Source: Blasia pusilla (lineage: Eukaryota). From it: a stretch of DNA of 64,000 nucleotides. The position numbers were made by a program, and so were the translations under genes. The stretch covers positions 26,412,001-26,476,000 of the forward strand of contig CM114271.1 of NCBI GenBank assembly GCA_050084515.1, in the 5' to 3' direction. Positions 12,484 to 27,431 of the stretch are shown piece by piece (positions within the stretch are counted from its first letter, which is position 1; every line of letters starts with the position of its first letter). Under the pieces are notes generated by a model. That model made no database searches. It had not been told where the DNA came from and was given only the letters and a program-made list of their open reading frames with translations.

Positions 12484-15422
12484 GAGCATGTTTTTTTGTT
12501 TGTTCGGGTGTGTGAAAGCGAAGGAAGAAGGGGGTCGGATCGAAGTTGTGTACGGGAAGATTTATAGCATTACGATCTCCAGTGGTGGATATTGCGAAAA
12601 GTGGTTGAAGAGAACACAAAATAATAAATAGAAATTTCCAATTAAAAAGATTTAATAATTGTGGAATTCATAATATTTTCGGAGGTGTACGGGCTTTACA
12701 TTTAATGGAGGGCAATTAAATAGTACAGCGCTAAGTAGGGTCAAAGCGGAAATGAAGAGAATTCGATATGGCAATAAGATCCGATATGAAATACTTTCGA
12801 ATCAAGAATAAGCAGTATATATTAATGGCCGTGTTCTTGTAAAGCACGCCTCTTTGGCCTTCCAACAAACACCACCTGCTTCTTGTCTCCGAGCACAGTC
12901 AGGGTATTTTCCCCGGGCGTGTTCCGTTATGCTCGTGACCGTCGATGGTCGGCGATCGCGTCTCTCTACGCTACTGCTGGCGGTGGCGAGTGATCAATGA
13001 AAGAAACACTTTCCACAATAAAGAAAAAGAAGCGCAATGATAGCGAATCGTCGGGGGCGAGCCTTTTGGTTGCGGGACGGGAGTCGGGAGTCGGGAGCGA
13101 AGGTAGTAGGCTCCCTCAGGTAGCTTCATGGCTACTTAATTAGTAGCCTCCGAAGCGGAACGACAAAGAGGAGGTGTACTAGCTGCCCGCTTTGTCTGTC
13201 TTTCTCTCTGGAATGTATGCGGGCGTTAAGTGCCTCGCTCGCTCGATAATTCGCCATTAAGGTGTACTTTACTTTCTCCTCTCTCTCTCTCATATATCCA
13301 TCCGTCTTCTCCCGTCCGTCCGTCCGTCCGTCCGTCCGTCCGGCCGGCCGTCGCTAGATAGGGTCGCGCTCTGGACTACTGGACCGGTCCTCTGCCAGCG
13401 CCTCCTTTTTTAGATGCGTGAAGTAAAGTGGAGCGGTAGTGGGACAAGCTGCCCGGGGCCGAAAGGGACAAACTGCCCAGGAAGAAAAGACGTGAGCGGA
13501 GACGAAAGGCCATGCAGAGAGAGAGAGAGGGACGGGCGGCCGAGCGGGCGGGGTTTTGTCGATCCTTTCCGTGCAAGTTACCGCTGGCAGCAGTAGGAGG
13601 AGGAGGAGGAGGAATCTGGTGGGTAGGTGGGGCCCGGTGGGCAAGGAGGGGAACAGAAGAGCGGAGATGCGATGCGGAAGAGCATTTGGGAAAAGTTAAA
13701 ACGCACGCATTCCGGCGCACCGTGACGACCGAATTCGCCTGGAATTTTCTGCCGGGCGCAGAAGTCGATAAGAGCGGGCGCGCGCGCGCGCGCGCAATGA
13801 GAATCCGACCATCCGCTTGTGCTGCTCAGGACATGGCAGTAGGTTGCAGGGCCGATGTTCGCGAATGGAATGCGATGGGATGGTAATCTCATGGACGCAT
13901 GGGCAGCTCGTCTCGATCGACGGACGCAGGAGGGCCATTGCGTGTCATGATGGGACAATGGACGGTGGCAGCGGGACCGCGTTTCCTGTGATGTAAAAGT
14001 CCGTCGCCTCCCCCCCGACAGCCGCAGCGTGCTGCGGATGGGGTCATTATCTTCTTTGACACGCTCGGCCCAGGAGTCCGGGACCCGGGTCCGGACCGAG
14101 GGACAGACAGGAAGGGGAGAGGAGAAAAAGAGAGAGTGAGACAAACCCCATCAGTCAAACTTTTTCCTTTCCTTTCCTTTCTCCTCTCCTCGTAACGTAC
14201 AGTGGATTACTCTTTCCAAGATTGAGTATTCCATTCGCGATTGTACAGCCTCCTTTTTTAAATCGGTGATTGATTAAATTAGAAATAAAAAAATTTACGC
14301 ACTCGTTGAAACCCCCCCGAGTAAAAAGCCCTCCCATCCTTCCGCGATCAACAAATCGTGAGCTCCTGCTACAGGTCATAATTCTCCGGGGGTTAAAGGG
14401 GAGGAGGAAACAAAATGGCTCCACGAAAATCGCGTCGAACTTAATAGTCCGCGATTGTTCCGCATCGGGCGAGCGGAGTAATCGCGAATAATCAAGTCTT
14501 CCGCATTAGGCATGGAACGAGTTAATCCCGGATTCCCACGGCCTGATCCTCGCGACGTTAAAAGTGGAAAAATTCCCCGCTCGTCAAGAAGAGTGAGTAC
14601 ATCGCGTTAAATTCGGAAGTCTTCCGCATTAGGCATGAACAGTAATGATGGGCCTTGTACTTAGAGATCCTTATTAAGGGAAGAAGCGTCAACTTGCCGT
14701 GTAGTGGTTACGAATCCGGCGACTTGTTAGGAAGAACACACGTGAAGAGATATTTCCGCGAATGGAACATCCGAACGGGACCGGAACAAACATCGTTTTG
14801 AAGGCTCACTTACCCCATGTGTGCTTGTCTGCCGACCGACCCGATTCCGAATGTCAGTGGTCCCCACAGTTGCATCCGTTATAGGCGATGCTGCTGCATT
14901 CATCGTTCGCAGGAAAATTTGCATGCACTTAAAACAGACCGAGGCTGGATAATCTGACCCTAGAAAGCCGGGCTGACAAATGTGCATTCACGTATGTGTG
15001 GTCCTTGCATACATCCGACATTCAATCACCTACCGAAGGCACGGAAGCGAGGGAAGCAATTGCACGTCGAAACTCCTTATCTTTGAATATGCCCGAGGGC
15101 CTGGTCAGACCGACCGAGATCGGATCGGTGACCAACAATGTTCCAGAGGATGAACCAACTCGTTCGACTCGATTGCTACGAGATTTCCTTCTCACCAGTT
15201 CCTCCGGTCGCGTTACTTTTCAGTCGCGACGGAAGCTGGACGAGAGCCCTATCTGCACTTCGTAGCCTCACATTTAGGCGAGCTGTTCTAAGAATATGAG
15301 TTCGCACCGGCACCGGCACCGACATCTACATCGAATGCACTCTGAGAGAGAGAAGGTCGAATTTTCGCGGCTCGGCGACAACATACTCTATCAGCTCCAT
15401 CATCTGCCCGCGATTAGCAAGT

Positions 15423-18400
15423 CTATTCCGCCAATGATATCGCCACGGCCACTCCCATTCCCACCATCAACGAGCTCATTTGCATCAGAGTGGTTTTCAA
15501 CGAGGAGCCTTGCGAGTGCAGATCCGGCATCACTGAACCTACGGCTATGTAAATAAAGCCGCCAGCTGTAAAGCCCTGAACAACAAGACGCGCAGTGTTA
15601 GTACTTTCATCCCTACATTGCAATACTCAAATCGAATATGTAAGACATCGAGTTACCATCTCCACGGCGTACAACAACGAAGACGACGAAGATAGTAGAG
15701 CGCAATGAGTTAGGGTTTACAGCAAGGGGGAGTAAGTGTGAAGATAAACTCGCTTTCAAAAAGCTCTGCACTGCAAACTACCCAGTACCACTCACACGAG
15801 ATACGAGACAAGTATTCGGAAAAGCTTCAGGAGGATTCAAGTTTTATATAGGTTTCACTCGAGCGTGCAGAAGAAGTTCACTAACGTTTCTGCTGTTCAC
15901 GTCAGTTGCTTGAATTAAATTTGAATATCTGAATTTCACCCGATGTTTACTGCTGCTTCAGAGGGGAGAACGAGCCACTCTCGGCTAAAAATATGGAATA
16001 AAGCCAGGATATCGTGCATCCCAAGGGAACCAGTTTGAAACTGCTATAATTCCTGGTTATCCAGAGCTGACAAAGCAGAATGAGCATCTGTCCATATAAA
16101 CAATGCATACGATGAATGAAACCTTATCAACAACCCTCTCTGAATTGTGTTTGTCACGACTGCCCTTACACCCGGTGTACGACCCAAAGAAAGTCATGTA
16201 CCGCAGTCCAACGAAAGTGCGAAAATGAAATGATGTAAAACATCTAACGAGAATAGATGGAGTAGAGTTGTTATCACCTCAATCAAAGACGAGTTCCCTC
16301 CGGTTCCACCCAAAAGCAGAGCCTGATCGCAACGCAAAACCAATTGCAGCATAATCAGAGAGGCGGGATCCGATTAGATCCGAATTATGGAATTGCTTCA
16401 GAGGACTAGAAAAAAAAAAAGTTCATTTAGGTCTCTCACATTCGTCATACATGCAAGTGATCGTTCCTACTTGGCATTCTTCTTCCTGCATAGGATGGGA
16501 AACCGTTTTCGAAAGGGAAGCAGTCTAGTTTCTGTAATCCGTAGCCATGTCAGACATGCAACTCGAAAAATAACGAGAAACAGTGAGCGTGTGCACGTAC
16601 CAAAGCAGTGCCAGCAAGTGCTACCAAAGCTGACAGGAAGTTGAATGCCAGCGCTGTAAATACACCAAATCCTGATCTCACGAGTATACCGAAGTCCCCG
16701 ATCTGCAATATTTCAAAAGATAAGCGAGTGCTCGACCATGGCGTAGGTAGACGAAGGCTGGTTGGTATACGCTCCCCCAACTTAATTCCCGAAACACTAG
16801 GATTCTCTTTAGCTGATGGAGGCTTTGGAGCAAAAGGCCTGATTCGATGCGGACAAAGTGTTTGATGTAGAAGGGAAACGAGCGAATTGTAACTAGTGTT
16901 GACCTAAAGTGGGATTTCTCCCCATGTATTCTTGCATTCAAGCGGATAAAGAACCCTTCACTACTTCATGATCCGGATAAAGTTCCCGACTGTTGTAATA
17001 AAGTGTTCATTCACATCGACGACATGAAAGGTGACAGTCGCTATCATCCATTGAACTTTCCTTGCATCAGACGCTAATGGCTGCGAGCATTCAACCATTG
17101 TTTATTATGCCCTTGCAATATGAGATTCGGGGCTTGGGAACGGAGCACGAAAAGTAATGCTAACTTGCTCAACAGCGACTTCTCTCTTTTCTGTCTATCA
17201 CAAACTGCAGGGGGAACTAAAAAATTGACCTAGACGTCAGAAACCACAAATAGATGGAGGGAAATTGGTATACCTCTTGTGGGAGTTCATGAGCAAGAAG
17301 AAAAAGGGTGCGTGACCAACCGCCAACTGTCCCATGCAACAGGAATGCCGATCCCAACGCCATCCCGTCAGTGAAGTTGTGCTGGACAAAGCATTTTTAA
17401 TTAGAAAAAGGGCACCGGAGGAATTTGGACAAAAGGAGCTTCATGGTTTCAGAGTACAGTACTGCAGAAACCTTGCGGTCACGTCTACTAAGGGGAGATG
17501 TGATATTCCTGGTTAATTTTCTCTGGATGAATGTTGACAGATCCTCTGAACAAGCTTCTCACCTCTCAACCTCTAGTTCACCAACTAACATCACGGTCTG
17601 GCCAGATTTAGATGTACTTCATGGGATTCGGAGTTGTAACATGGAAAGTTTTTCTCACTAAATGGGAAGTCAAACTGTGTAGACTTTGCGGTTTGGAGGA
17701 GCTGACGAGGAAAAGAGAGCTATCTTTTCAATCGTAGCTTCCATGAGAATATTAGCAGGGACTTCACTAGACTGTTCCAGACGCTTGACTGCCGAGTGCT
17801 TTCCTGTCGTCTAATAGCAGCTTAGTTCAAAGAGCTCAGTTTACATCAGTGTATGTGTGTTAGAAAAACGAGAACATTTGCCTTCCAGAGACACCACTGG
17901 TGTCCCTTGATGCCACTTTCTTAATCTCGTATGATTTGGCCTACCTAAATGCTGCAAGTCTAGTGATTTCAAGTCCCATGAACCCATGGGTTTCGGTCAA
18001 CAAGAAATCAGTTCTTCATCCATCCCAGTAAAGGTCATCTTGACGATGATTCAGTTCAGGGTTTAGGGTCAGATCCACAGAGCATACATGACAATCTGCT
18101 AGCCATAAGAATCGGTCCAGTTAGAAGGCTTATATCGATTGACGACACCAAGGAAGACCTAGTGGGACTCATCAGCTGAGCTGCTCGACAATTGTCACAG
18201 AGCCAGGCGGGTCACTAAACAAGTGAGTGTGAACACATTAGACAATCCATGGAAATAGGAAAATTAGTTCGTAGACTAATGGATTCCCTAAATCTAGAAA
18301 CCTTCAGTCTTGCAAGAACAAAATTAACTCGTTCATTCACTGTCCACAATTCAACTGAATAACACACTAGGCCTTAACGAGTCAGCTGACTTCCCAATCG

Positions 18401-21400
18401 TAAGACACTTCCAAGTGAAGTTTGATGGAGAAGCAAATTAGTTCATAGGGGATGCTACAAGGAAACTTCCCCTGCCTTTGGCTAACATTTGCCCAATCTG
18501 TAACTGTAAGAAATCTCCTCACCAATGAACTTGGTGTTGCAAACAAAGCGACCACGCCTGTATCTCCTGAAAAGCTCTTCTGTACATACTCTATTTACTC
18601 TAAACAAGGATTCGGACATTCAAAACGCAGCCAAGGAACAGGTAACAATAGAACTCAACAACGCCCCCCCACAGTTTGCTTTGATCTTCGTCTCAAAATA
18701 TACATATTTCTATCGCTGCATGAATCATATGTTGATTTCTTATGAAGAGGAAGGAGAGATCGAAATAGAGTCATTGTTTCAACCCCATCACAAGCAACAA
18801 ATAATGATACACACACATATTGAGCACAGAGTCTTAAACAGACGGATATGTAATAAAACATACAGCAGGTACTCTTACCACAGCATCAGAGAAAAGGTTG
18901 AGGTAGCCTGACACTAGCCTAGAAGCTCCGTCCTCCTCAGCAACCATCTCATTCGTCTCTTTCCCATCATTGTCAACCTTCTCTGCCATTTTTGGCTCAG
19001 AGCTTTTGACGGAATTGCTGACGATTTCTCCATCTGCAGGAGTCTTCTCATCAACTCCCTTGACAATTCTCTGCACTCGATTCATATTTAAGAAGAAAGC
19101 ACAGTTAGTCAATATTACAGCAGTCGGGGACTCGACAATTGGTTAGTCACATAGGTATGAAGGGTCTGTGTATTGAAACAGAAACAGAAGCAGAAGATCA
19201 ATCAAATTCCGCTTTTATATTCCACACCACTAAATGAAACATCGTATCACAGACTTCCAAATTACAGCAAATTATTTATCACCCACCATGGGTGATTAAA
19301 TATTTTGACACGAGGGGAAAAGCATGAGGCAAAGTTTTTTTTAATTAATGAGCGCTTTCAAAGACCACCATCCTAAAATTGTGATGACAACTGAGTAACC
19401 TCAATGGATACACAAAATTTCAAAGACATTGACTACTCGATGCTCAACTCTGTCAGATCATCCCCCAAATTCTCCCCGTATTGCACAGCCCATAAATCCT
19501 CAAGCAATGACCCTGCATGAGTCTCTGTTGTAATGATGAAAGGTTCACATAGATTAGCTTTTGCAGGACATATTCACATCCTCTGCTCTACCTTCTCACT
19601 GTTGGCGCAAATAAATTCCTTTCTTCTCCAGGAAAATGTTCCCTGAAGGTTTCACAAGGATAAATAAGATAGAAAATCCACAAGAACCACCAAACTTAAG
19701 ATAATATCTAATTGTACTCGCTAGAAGTACCACATTTATGCTGAGGCCAACTGAAATTAGCCTGTTGCCTTAATCTTGTAATTCTCGCAGCTGACTGCTG
19801 GTCTGTTAAATCAACATAAATGTCGGGCTGACAACATCCTAGTCTTTGATTCAGCTTGCAGCAGAGGTCAGATAATGATGGAGATTGCCAAGACGATTGG
19901 GTATCATTGGCAAGGAAGAAGTCGAGTAGATATCCATCATGCAGACGAGAGAATCTATGAGCCAATGTAATATGAACAAGATAATGGGAGGGTTTTAAGA
20001 ACACTACCGGCATGGCAGAGATCGTCTAAGAAAGACCCTTAGAGGCCTAAGAAGCACAATGGCTAAATTTGAGCTCAGATGTATAAAAGCTGTTGAGATG
20101 AAGTAGGTCAAATGCTTCAACTTTAAGCATACATCCATCATATGCATGACCTCGGACACAGTGCTGGTCATACATGTGACAAGCATCCATACCCACATCG
20201 TACCTTTTTGGCATCAGAATAGGAAAACGAGGTCCAAGGGGCACTAAGGAGATCCAAGCTGATTGTCAAGAGCTTTTCCCTTAATCCTACATGAGCATAG
20301 TACGTCTGGTTTGAGATCCAAACTTGAGGGTCAGTACTTTTTCGATTAAATCATCCATGAGCATAACAAGTCAGTCTGGTTTGGGTGTCGAACTAACCTT
20401 TCTGAGACCATTGCTTACTTCTGATGATACAGTACTCTGATCCAGAGATACATCATCATCAATAGAACCTTGTAACTGCTTCTCTTCTTTTAATTTAGGT
20501 ATATCAGTCTTGGAGCTGTGATGGTGGTGGTGATGGTGACTGTGGCCAAAGGGGGTTCCACGTCCTGATAGCTCTTCAGTTCGTCTCACAATCTTCTCGA
20601 CTAAAAAGAACAACAGTATTCCACCTGTTGTACAAATCGAGTTATAACTTGACCCAGTCATGTCCTCAATTACCATTCTAAAACTACTCAGACAATAACC
20701 AAATAAACAAGCAGACAATTAACATCTTGTTTGTTTTAACAAAGAGTTTTGAAGGTGTTCGTCCTTCTGTCAGGTTCCTAGTCGCCACAACACAACTTTG
20801 ATATATTGTATTCGCTTTCTCTCAAACAGAAGCCTTGCAACCTATGAAGGCTATGATTGTATGCCCATCATAGCCTTCATGATGACTGTATCAAAAGAAC
20901 GTTGATAAATGTAGTCATTCTCATAAACTCAGGACCCTTGAAGTTAGTGTGAACTGTGAGCAGACTTTTGTCCAATAGTGGTATTTGTTTTTTACTCTCA
21001 ACGTTCTCCAAACTGCCACCAGCTTATTTCACGTTGTTACATTCAAAGTTTTCTTCTTTCAAAAGGTCAGTATCCTGAATCGACATTCAGATGAACAATT
21101 ATGGACAGAATGAAAAACGATCAACCTTATATATCACATCCCTCATGAGGTTTGTGACTTCAACTTAAGGGTACAGTTATTTCAACATTCACAAACACAG
21201 AAGAGTTGATGGGTAAGGAAAAAAATACCAAGGACAGCAAGTCCAGCAGCAATGTCATTTAAAGAATGCCCATGTGACTCTACATGTGAGTGACCTCCAC
21301 TCGATGTGGTGTCATGTTTGTGCAGGTGACCATGCGCATCATGTGGAGTTTCACTATGGGAGTGGCCTCCAGACCCACCTGCAAAAGTCGATAGAGTACT

Positions 21401-24400
21401 TTAAGAAAAGAAGGGTTGAATTTATAAATGTTAATAACATTAGGCACACCCATTGTCCTAGCCAACTGCATAATAATTTTCCTCTTAAGGCAGACATCTT
21501 TCACAACAGCATGCTTCAAAAGAAAGGATATAGTAGACCCTAACAAGATCCAAACACTGGGTGATATGCTTCAAAACGTCTACAGGTATAGACCAGAACC
21601 ACTAAAATGTTGTTGGAAGGATTACCAAATGCATGGGGGAGCTGGTGCAGAAAGGCATCACCCAACATTGTTCCTGCCTGTCCACCAATGCCCATCACTG
21701 AATGATCAACTCAACATCCTTTCCAGAGCTGAAACATGCTGAAGGTTGCCTAACCTTTCTAAAGTAGGGTAGAGGATGTCAGATGGAAGAGGACAGCATT
21801 GATGTTGCACCTGACTAAGAATATGCTAATGAACTGTGCAAATAACTCCTACAATCTAGTTTTCCCCCATAGGATACTAGGGAGTTAAATTAGCCCCTCG
21901 ATAGTACGGCAACATCTGCTCTTTAGATAACTTATCCTGTTCTTGCCCAACTCTTAGCTGGGAAAGTAGTGGCTATGTTATAAGCATTCCTGGTATGTTC
22001 CAGCCACAGGCAAACTATATATGGACAGAATGGGCAGAACTCAAGGGCGGACAAAGCTAATGGAAGAAGGATCAAAAATCCCATCTAGGAAACACAAAGG
22101 AGAACCCATCTGAAACAAATAAGACTGGTTGTAGCCCAGAGGATGGTGGGGAGAGGCCCCTAATAGGTTCCCAACAGGATATTCAAGAATTGAGGGAGGG
22201 CTCAGTCTTAACCATACCTCTGTGTTATTTTGGTGTATGTTCTTCGATACTGGGCATAATTAAATATCTGGCAGAACATTCTCTTTACATATGTCGATGA
22301 CAAAACAAGAGATTCGTATAGTTGAAAATGAAAAACAAAAACTGAAAGGATCATAGCTTAGCGCAAGGGCTTGTCTCACAGAATTCACTTTAGACATACT
22401 TCACTGTAATGGTAAAGGCTAGGTGGATAAGAATTTTGCTAACTTTGGCAATTCAAGATAATCTTGACATATACCAGCTTCAAGATCTTCTCCTTTACCA
22501 GAATACTGTATGAGGGGTCATTTTCAACCAAGGAAAAATCCTAAAATTTCTAGTAAATCAGAATGTCGTGTATAAACTAGAAACTCTTTCTTTTCATATG
22601 AAACACTCATCGCGCATTGTTCAGCAATATAAAGAGTATCCTGACAAGACAATGTAGCCATGAAATGTAAATAATAAATTTTCTCAACTAGCAATTAACC
22701 AAAACAGGGTTTTGCTTTACATCAGCAACGCAGTAAAGAAAGGTTTTAATATGGCAGTTTGGAGAAGTACAACAACTAAACAGAAGAGCAAAGAAGAATA
22801 TTAAATATTCGTCTGAATTGAATAGCTGCTGTCCACAATAGTTTAGTGATCTGCTTGACAGACAGTAACTCAAGTACCACACCTGTGAAACTGGATTTAC
22901 GTTTGGGAGGACTGCCCTCAATCTAGGAGAAGAGTACATATGGACAGAATCCTTCCCAGAGAGATTCCCAATCCAACTACACTACTTGGATTGGGCCATG
23001 GCTGTCAGACTTAAACATGTTACAAGGTTGCTGACTTGGTTAACACTTCTTACTGTGAATATTGCGGATTCAAATTACAGCACAGCAGATTTAGCACTTG
23101 TTAAGGTGATGTCCAAGGTCTTGCAAAGGCTGTTATGCATTGTCTCTAGTGGAAAGACAGAAATGCAGGTATTATCCACCACAAGGCAAGGATTTGTTAA
23201 GATGTAATCAATCTTAAGATCCCCTGCTTCTCTCAATTTCCTTCACGTGTTACTGTATCAAGACATTGTACCATAGCTTGTTGCCATTATATTTCTTCTA
23301 TACCACTAAATTTTCTGGACCAGAATGGGAAAAATCCTTTTCAAATTGGCTTGTTTGATGGTCCTGGCTGGGTGCGATGGAAGAGCCACAGAAAAACTCT
23401 CCTTGTCTGCCGAGGAAATTCAGCGGATGTAGTTATTGGTGTGCCTAATAGATTCTGCTCCTCCTTGATGTAACTCTAGTAGCATCTAATTTATTGAAAG
23501 CCGTTCTCTGTCTTGCTGCCCTGCAGGTCCCTTAGATCGAGATAGTTTGACAGGATGTAAATTGGACTCCTCTAATGAGGCTAAATGACTGGACTATCTA
23601 CAAGTGATTGACCGCTCACTTCTCCTCTGAGAATCTGGATAAATTAGCTACATGTCTAAGAAGATGATGAGATACTTATGGGGCTCTTGATAATGTCCCC
23701 TAAAAAACCTGAGTAAGTTACTCACACAAAGCATGAATGCTATACAACATATGTTTATTTGACAAAGCTAACGAGACATTTTCTCTGCATGTGCCTGATA
23801 TGAATTGCTGCCACTGTATACTCCATTTTTCCAGGGGCCCCTAGTTTAAATGCCTACGATTTGTCCTGGGTATGTGGGTGATGGGTTTCGTTTGATTGGC
23901 AAGCTCCCCTTGGTGCAGATGAGAGGACTGAGGCAATAGGTGATAACAGAAGAGAGTTGTGATCGATGTGCAGTGCATATGTGGTTAAAACAAGTTCACG
24001 ATTGCAAAATCTACCAATCTCCATTCACCAGTCCAGTTCTCTGTCTATGTCCTTCAATCACCATAAATTCTAGCGTTTCTTCCATTCTAACAAAGCTGAA
24101 CACTCTGCAATGCACTCAGCCTGATTCAGCTCCCAAAATCTATAAACTGTCAACAGAAAGCAATATTATAGGGGTTCATGAGATAATGGCCAAGAGTTTA
24201 CCCCAAAAGAAGCTAGAGCATCCACCACCCCCTTTGATGGCTGACCGTGGGCTTCACAGACCAAACAGGATAGGAATAAGTAGAAACTCTTTTCTCCTGG
24301 GCTCCCGACATCCAAAAGTCAACCATCTACTTGAAAGAAAAATTGCTTGTCCCCGTAACCCTAAGAGTGTCCAATGAATCATATGAAATCTGCATTTCAC

Positions 24401-26290
24401 CCTACTGATTAGCATAGCACCCAAAACAAAATTGTGCACACACTAGGAGTAGCTGCCAGCTTCCAACTTCTGCTGAAAGCTTTGACTGACTTGCACATCA
24501 ATGTCATGTACATTCACAGAAAGTTTCTGTTGCACGACTAGAATTTGCACCAGTTCCAAGCAAGCCACCTAAGATGAGTACAAAGACAGTTCTACTCTAA
24601 TTTTGTAAGCCTCGATATCGTGAGGTTACCCAGGAACCATTGTAAACTCGTGAACTGCCAGAAACTGCCGTACAACCAACCGTGGTATATGTTCATCCCA
24701 AAATTGGCAGTTCCCACTTCTGGATCATTACAGTAATGACTTAAGAGAGCAAGTGGAGCACGAGGGGTTTAGACTTACAAACGATTAAGGGAAGAATTGT
24801 GAGGCACACCAAAGAAGCCGAGCTCACTAACAGAGAACTCCCCATTGCCTGCAACCATAGTGCTGCATCCACGACACAACTTGTCAAACATCTCTAGAAC
24901 AATGGCACTATACACTCTTACAACCTTTCTCTGCTTACCCTAAACATTCAATAGCCTTGATTCATTGCCCAAAGCTGCTGCACTGGTAAGTAATGTCTAG
25001 TGGGGATCCCAATCAGGTAAAGTAGATGGTGTGGTGAAGAGTTTCTTGGTTGACACTTGGAAGCTCCGCACTCACACGTTGTTTGGTCAGCACTCACACT
25101 ATATGAGAGTGTCTCCCTCCTCTCATATATGTCTCCCTCCTTCACTTCTTCCTCTCTATACTCCCATCGCAGTCTCAAGCACTGTCCAACCAGGGCGCGG
25201 GATCTATGGTCGCAAGGCTACGACAGGCACTACTTAATGAGTACCGTCTGGTTACTAAATTGTTAAGGTGATGACGCAGTGCCTGGGTCTCAAGTAGCAT
25301 GACAGCCAAAACATATCACGCTCGTGAATGCAGACTATGACACAATGGGGAAGCTGAGTTAATTCTGATATGTCAAGGACATTTACCGAAAGGAGTTTCT
25401 GTACGACACAAGGAAACTCGATACCAAACAGAAAAGAATGTGGAACCACCTGAATTAGATTAATGCAGCTCCAGGCTTAGAAAGAAATGGATTATTTTGA
25501 GATAGGCATGTGCCTTGACTTGCTTTGGTGTTGATGGAACCGGTGCCGGGTTAAAAATTATGTCACATCTCACTCGGATTGTTGCAGACTCTCGTTCGTT
25601 GAATGAAACTCGACCATCTAATTGCACCGGTGATGGCCCTGACTAATGTAGAGATGAAAACCGATACGATGGTTTTTTAGCTCACCCGAGACCAATGCCA
25701 AAGGGTTTATGCTCGGTACTATTTCAAATATAGAATTGATCTTTCCGCTCGGTCAAACCTACGGCCATCCCCAGCAAATGCGACCCGTTGGATATGGATG
25801 GAATAAGACAAGCGAGATGCAGAGGGGAATGAGAATTTGGAGGCGATTTTCGGGGAGATTGTGTACCGGTTTTTGAAAGAGATCCATGGTCATGATGATC
25901 GTGATCTTCATGATGATGGTGGGCATCAAAGCCATACATTTCCAATTCTCTCTCCTCATGTATCTCTTCTGAAAGCCTGAATTCTTGTTTGCCATGCGCG
26001 TGCTTGTCTGCAGCTGTGTGCGAATGGTCGCCGTCGCGGCCATGGGAATGATGGTCGTGACCGTGAGAATGTCCGTGATGATCTCTTACGCCGTGGTCAT
26101 GAATTTTGCTCGCCTCTTTTTCGGACTGCGTTTTCTGATCACCGTGGTGGAGGTGGTGGTGGCCATCATCGTGGTGCGCATGGCTGCACTGCTGTGCTCG
26201 AATGCTCCACCAAAGCGTCAAGAAAACGAACGCCGCTAGCATTCTCCCACCGATTTCCGAGTATCCCGTCCTCGCACGCTCTGCTCCCAT
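15423..26290 (-). CDS. IAR1: ZIP-family metal transporter, IAR1/ZIP7 (LIV-1) type. Exons: 26290-25867, 24862-24779, 24251-24202, 21677-21626, 21378-21229, 20624-20398, 19070-18879, 17381-17274, 16702-16601, 16322-16278, 15575-15423
   Basis: Manually spliced with GT-AG junctions in consistent phase. His-rich N-terminus, then LWLQAMGSSLLVSSASLVCL, GQPSKGVVDALASFGAGTMLGDAFLHQLPHAF, GYLNLFSDAVHNFTDGMALGSAF, LLAHELPQEIGDFGILVRSGF and GFTAGGFIYIAV. The start ATG could be at 26290 or 26242. Confidence 0.93.
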
Positions 26291-27431
26291 CGCCGTTCGC
26301 GCACACGAGCAGTAAACGTCGCGATTCCAGTAAAAGCTCCTCACTCTTCCACACCGCACCACACTACATTGGCATCGACTACAGCGGAGAGGGACTAGCT
26401 CCGTGCGGGAGACAGAATTGCGCCCGATCTCACAGCTTTAGTGTCAAGAGTCAAGACCCGCGCCCGACACAGAAGTACCGAACATGAAAAGAAGGAAGTG
26501 GGGAGCGCATTGGAAGCAAAGCGACCCTCTCTGCTTTGCGAGCGCTGACAATTTGGACCTGCGACTTTCTTCATCCGATTGATTAATTAGTGTGCCACAC
26601 TCGTAATCACTTTATATGGACTCTCGGGTGTACGACACGTGGCAAGGCAAGGCTCAAAATGGTATGTTTCAGCGACACCAACATAACATACGAATGTTTC
26701 CAGATTGTGTGCAATTTGAATATTCCTAATTTAGTTATAAAATCTAATTATACATTTGACTTCTACATGTACTATACTAATGGATGTCATATGACGAGAC
26801 AGGTTTGCTCTAACTTAGTTAGATATAACTAGCTAATTAGATAGGACAGGTGCAGAAGAGGAGGTCATCTTAGAGGGAAGGTGTCCATATGGAAGGTGTT
26901 TGTTGTTGACGAGTGAAGGAATGTTTTTTAACCTCTATGGCAAAAAAACTTTGTTTGAAAAACTAGGGCAAAGTTTAGCCTTGCAATAGAAAGGAAACTA
27001 GCTTAATGGCTAGAAGAGGAGTTTAGGGAAGTTCGAGAGAGGAAAAAAAAGTGAAAAATGAAGGGTCTTGAAGGATAAGTGGAATTTATCGTGCAATTTT
27101 GCGTCTTTACGAATGCTTTATGAGGAGTTCTTTCAAGTCCTTTGGAAAGTTATTTGTGAGTTCAAGGACTTGCGAATTAGACTTGCAATGTACTCCTAAT
27201 TTTTGGGATAATTTGCGAGCATTTTGCAAGTCGACTCTTTGAGCCCCCCTCTTTTGTACTCCCGATGGGTTTTTCTACCACCCGCTTTATATTGAGGCTT
27301 TCTTTTGCAAGTCTCCATACTCTCAATCACAATTGATTCAAACTCTTTCTCCAATCATAAGTTAATGTCAAGTGCAAAAAAATTGACAAGTTAGAGATTC
27401 GCAAAACATTCTCACAAAGTGCATTCAAAAC

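Noticed and set aside
13080-13300. Possible conserved miRNA precursor
   Set aside because: No match to the conserved plant miRNAs I recall, and no clear stem.
24987-25236. Possible MITE in IAR1 intron 1 (TAAGTAATGTCT / AGGCACTACTTA ends)
   Set aside because: The TIR is short and imperfect, and there is no second copy in the window.
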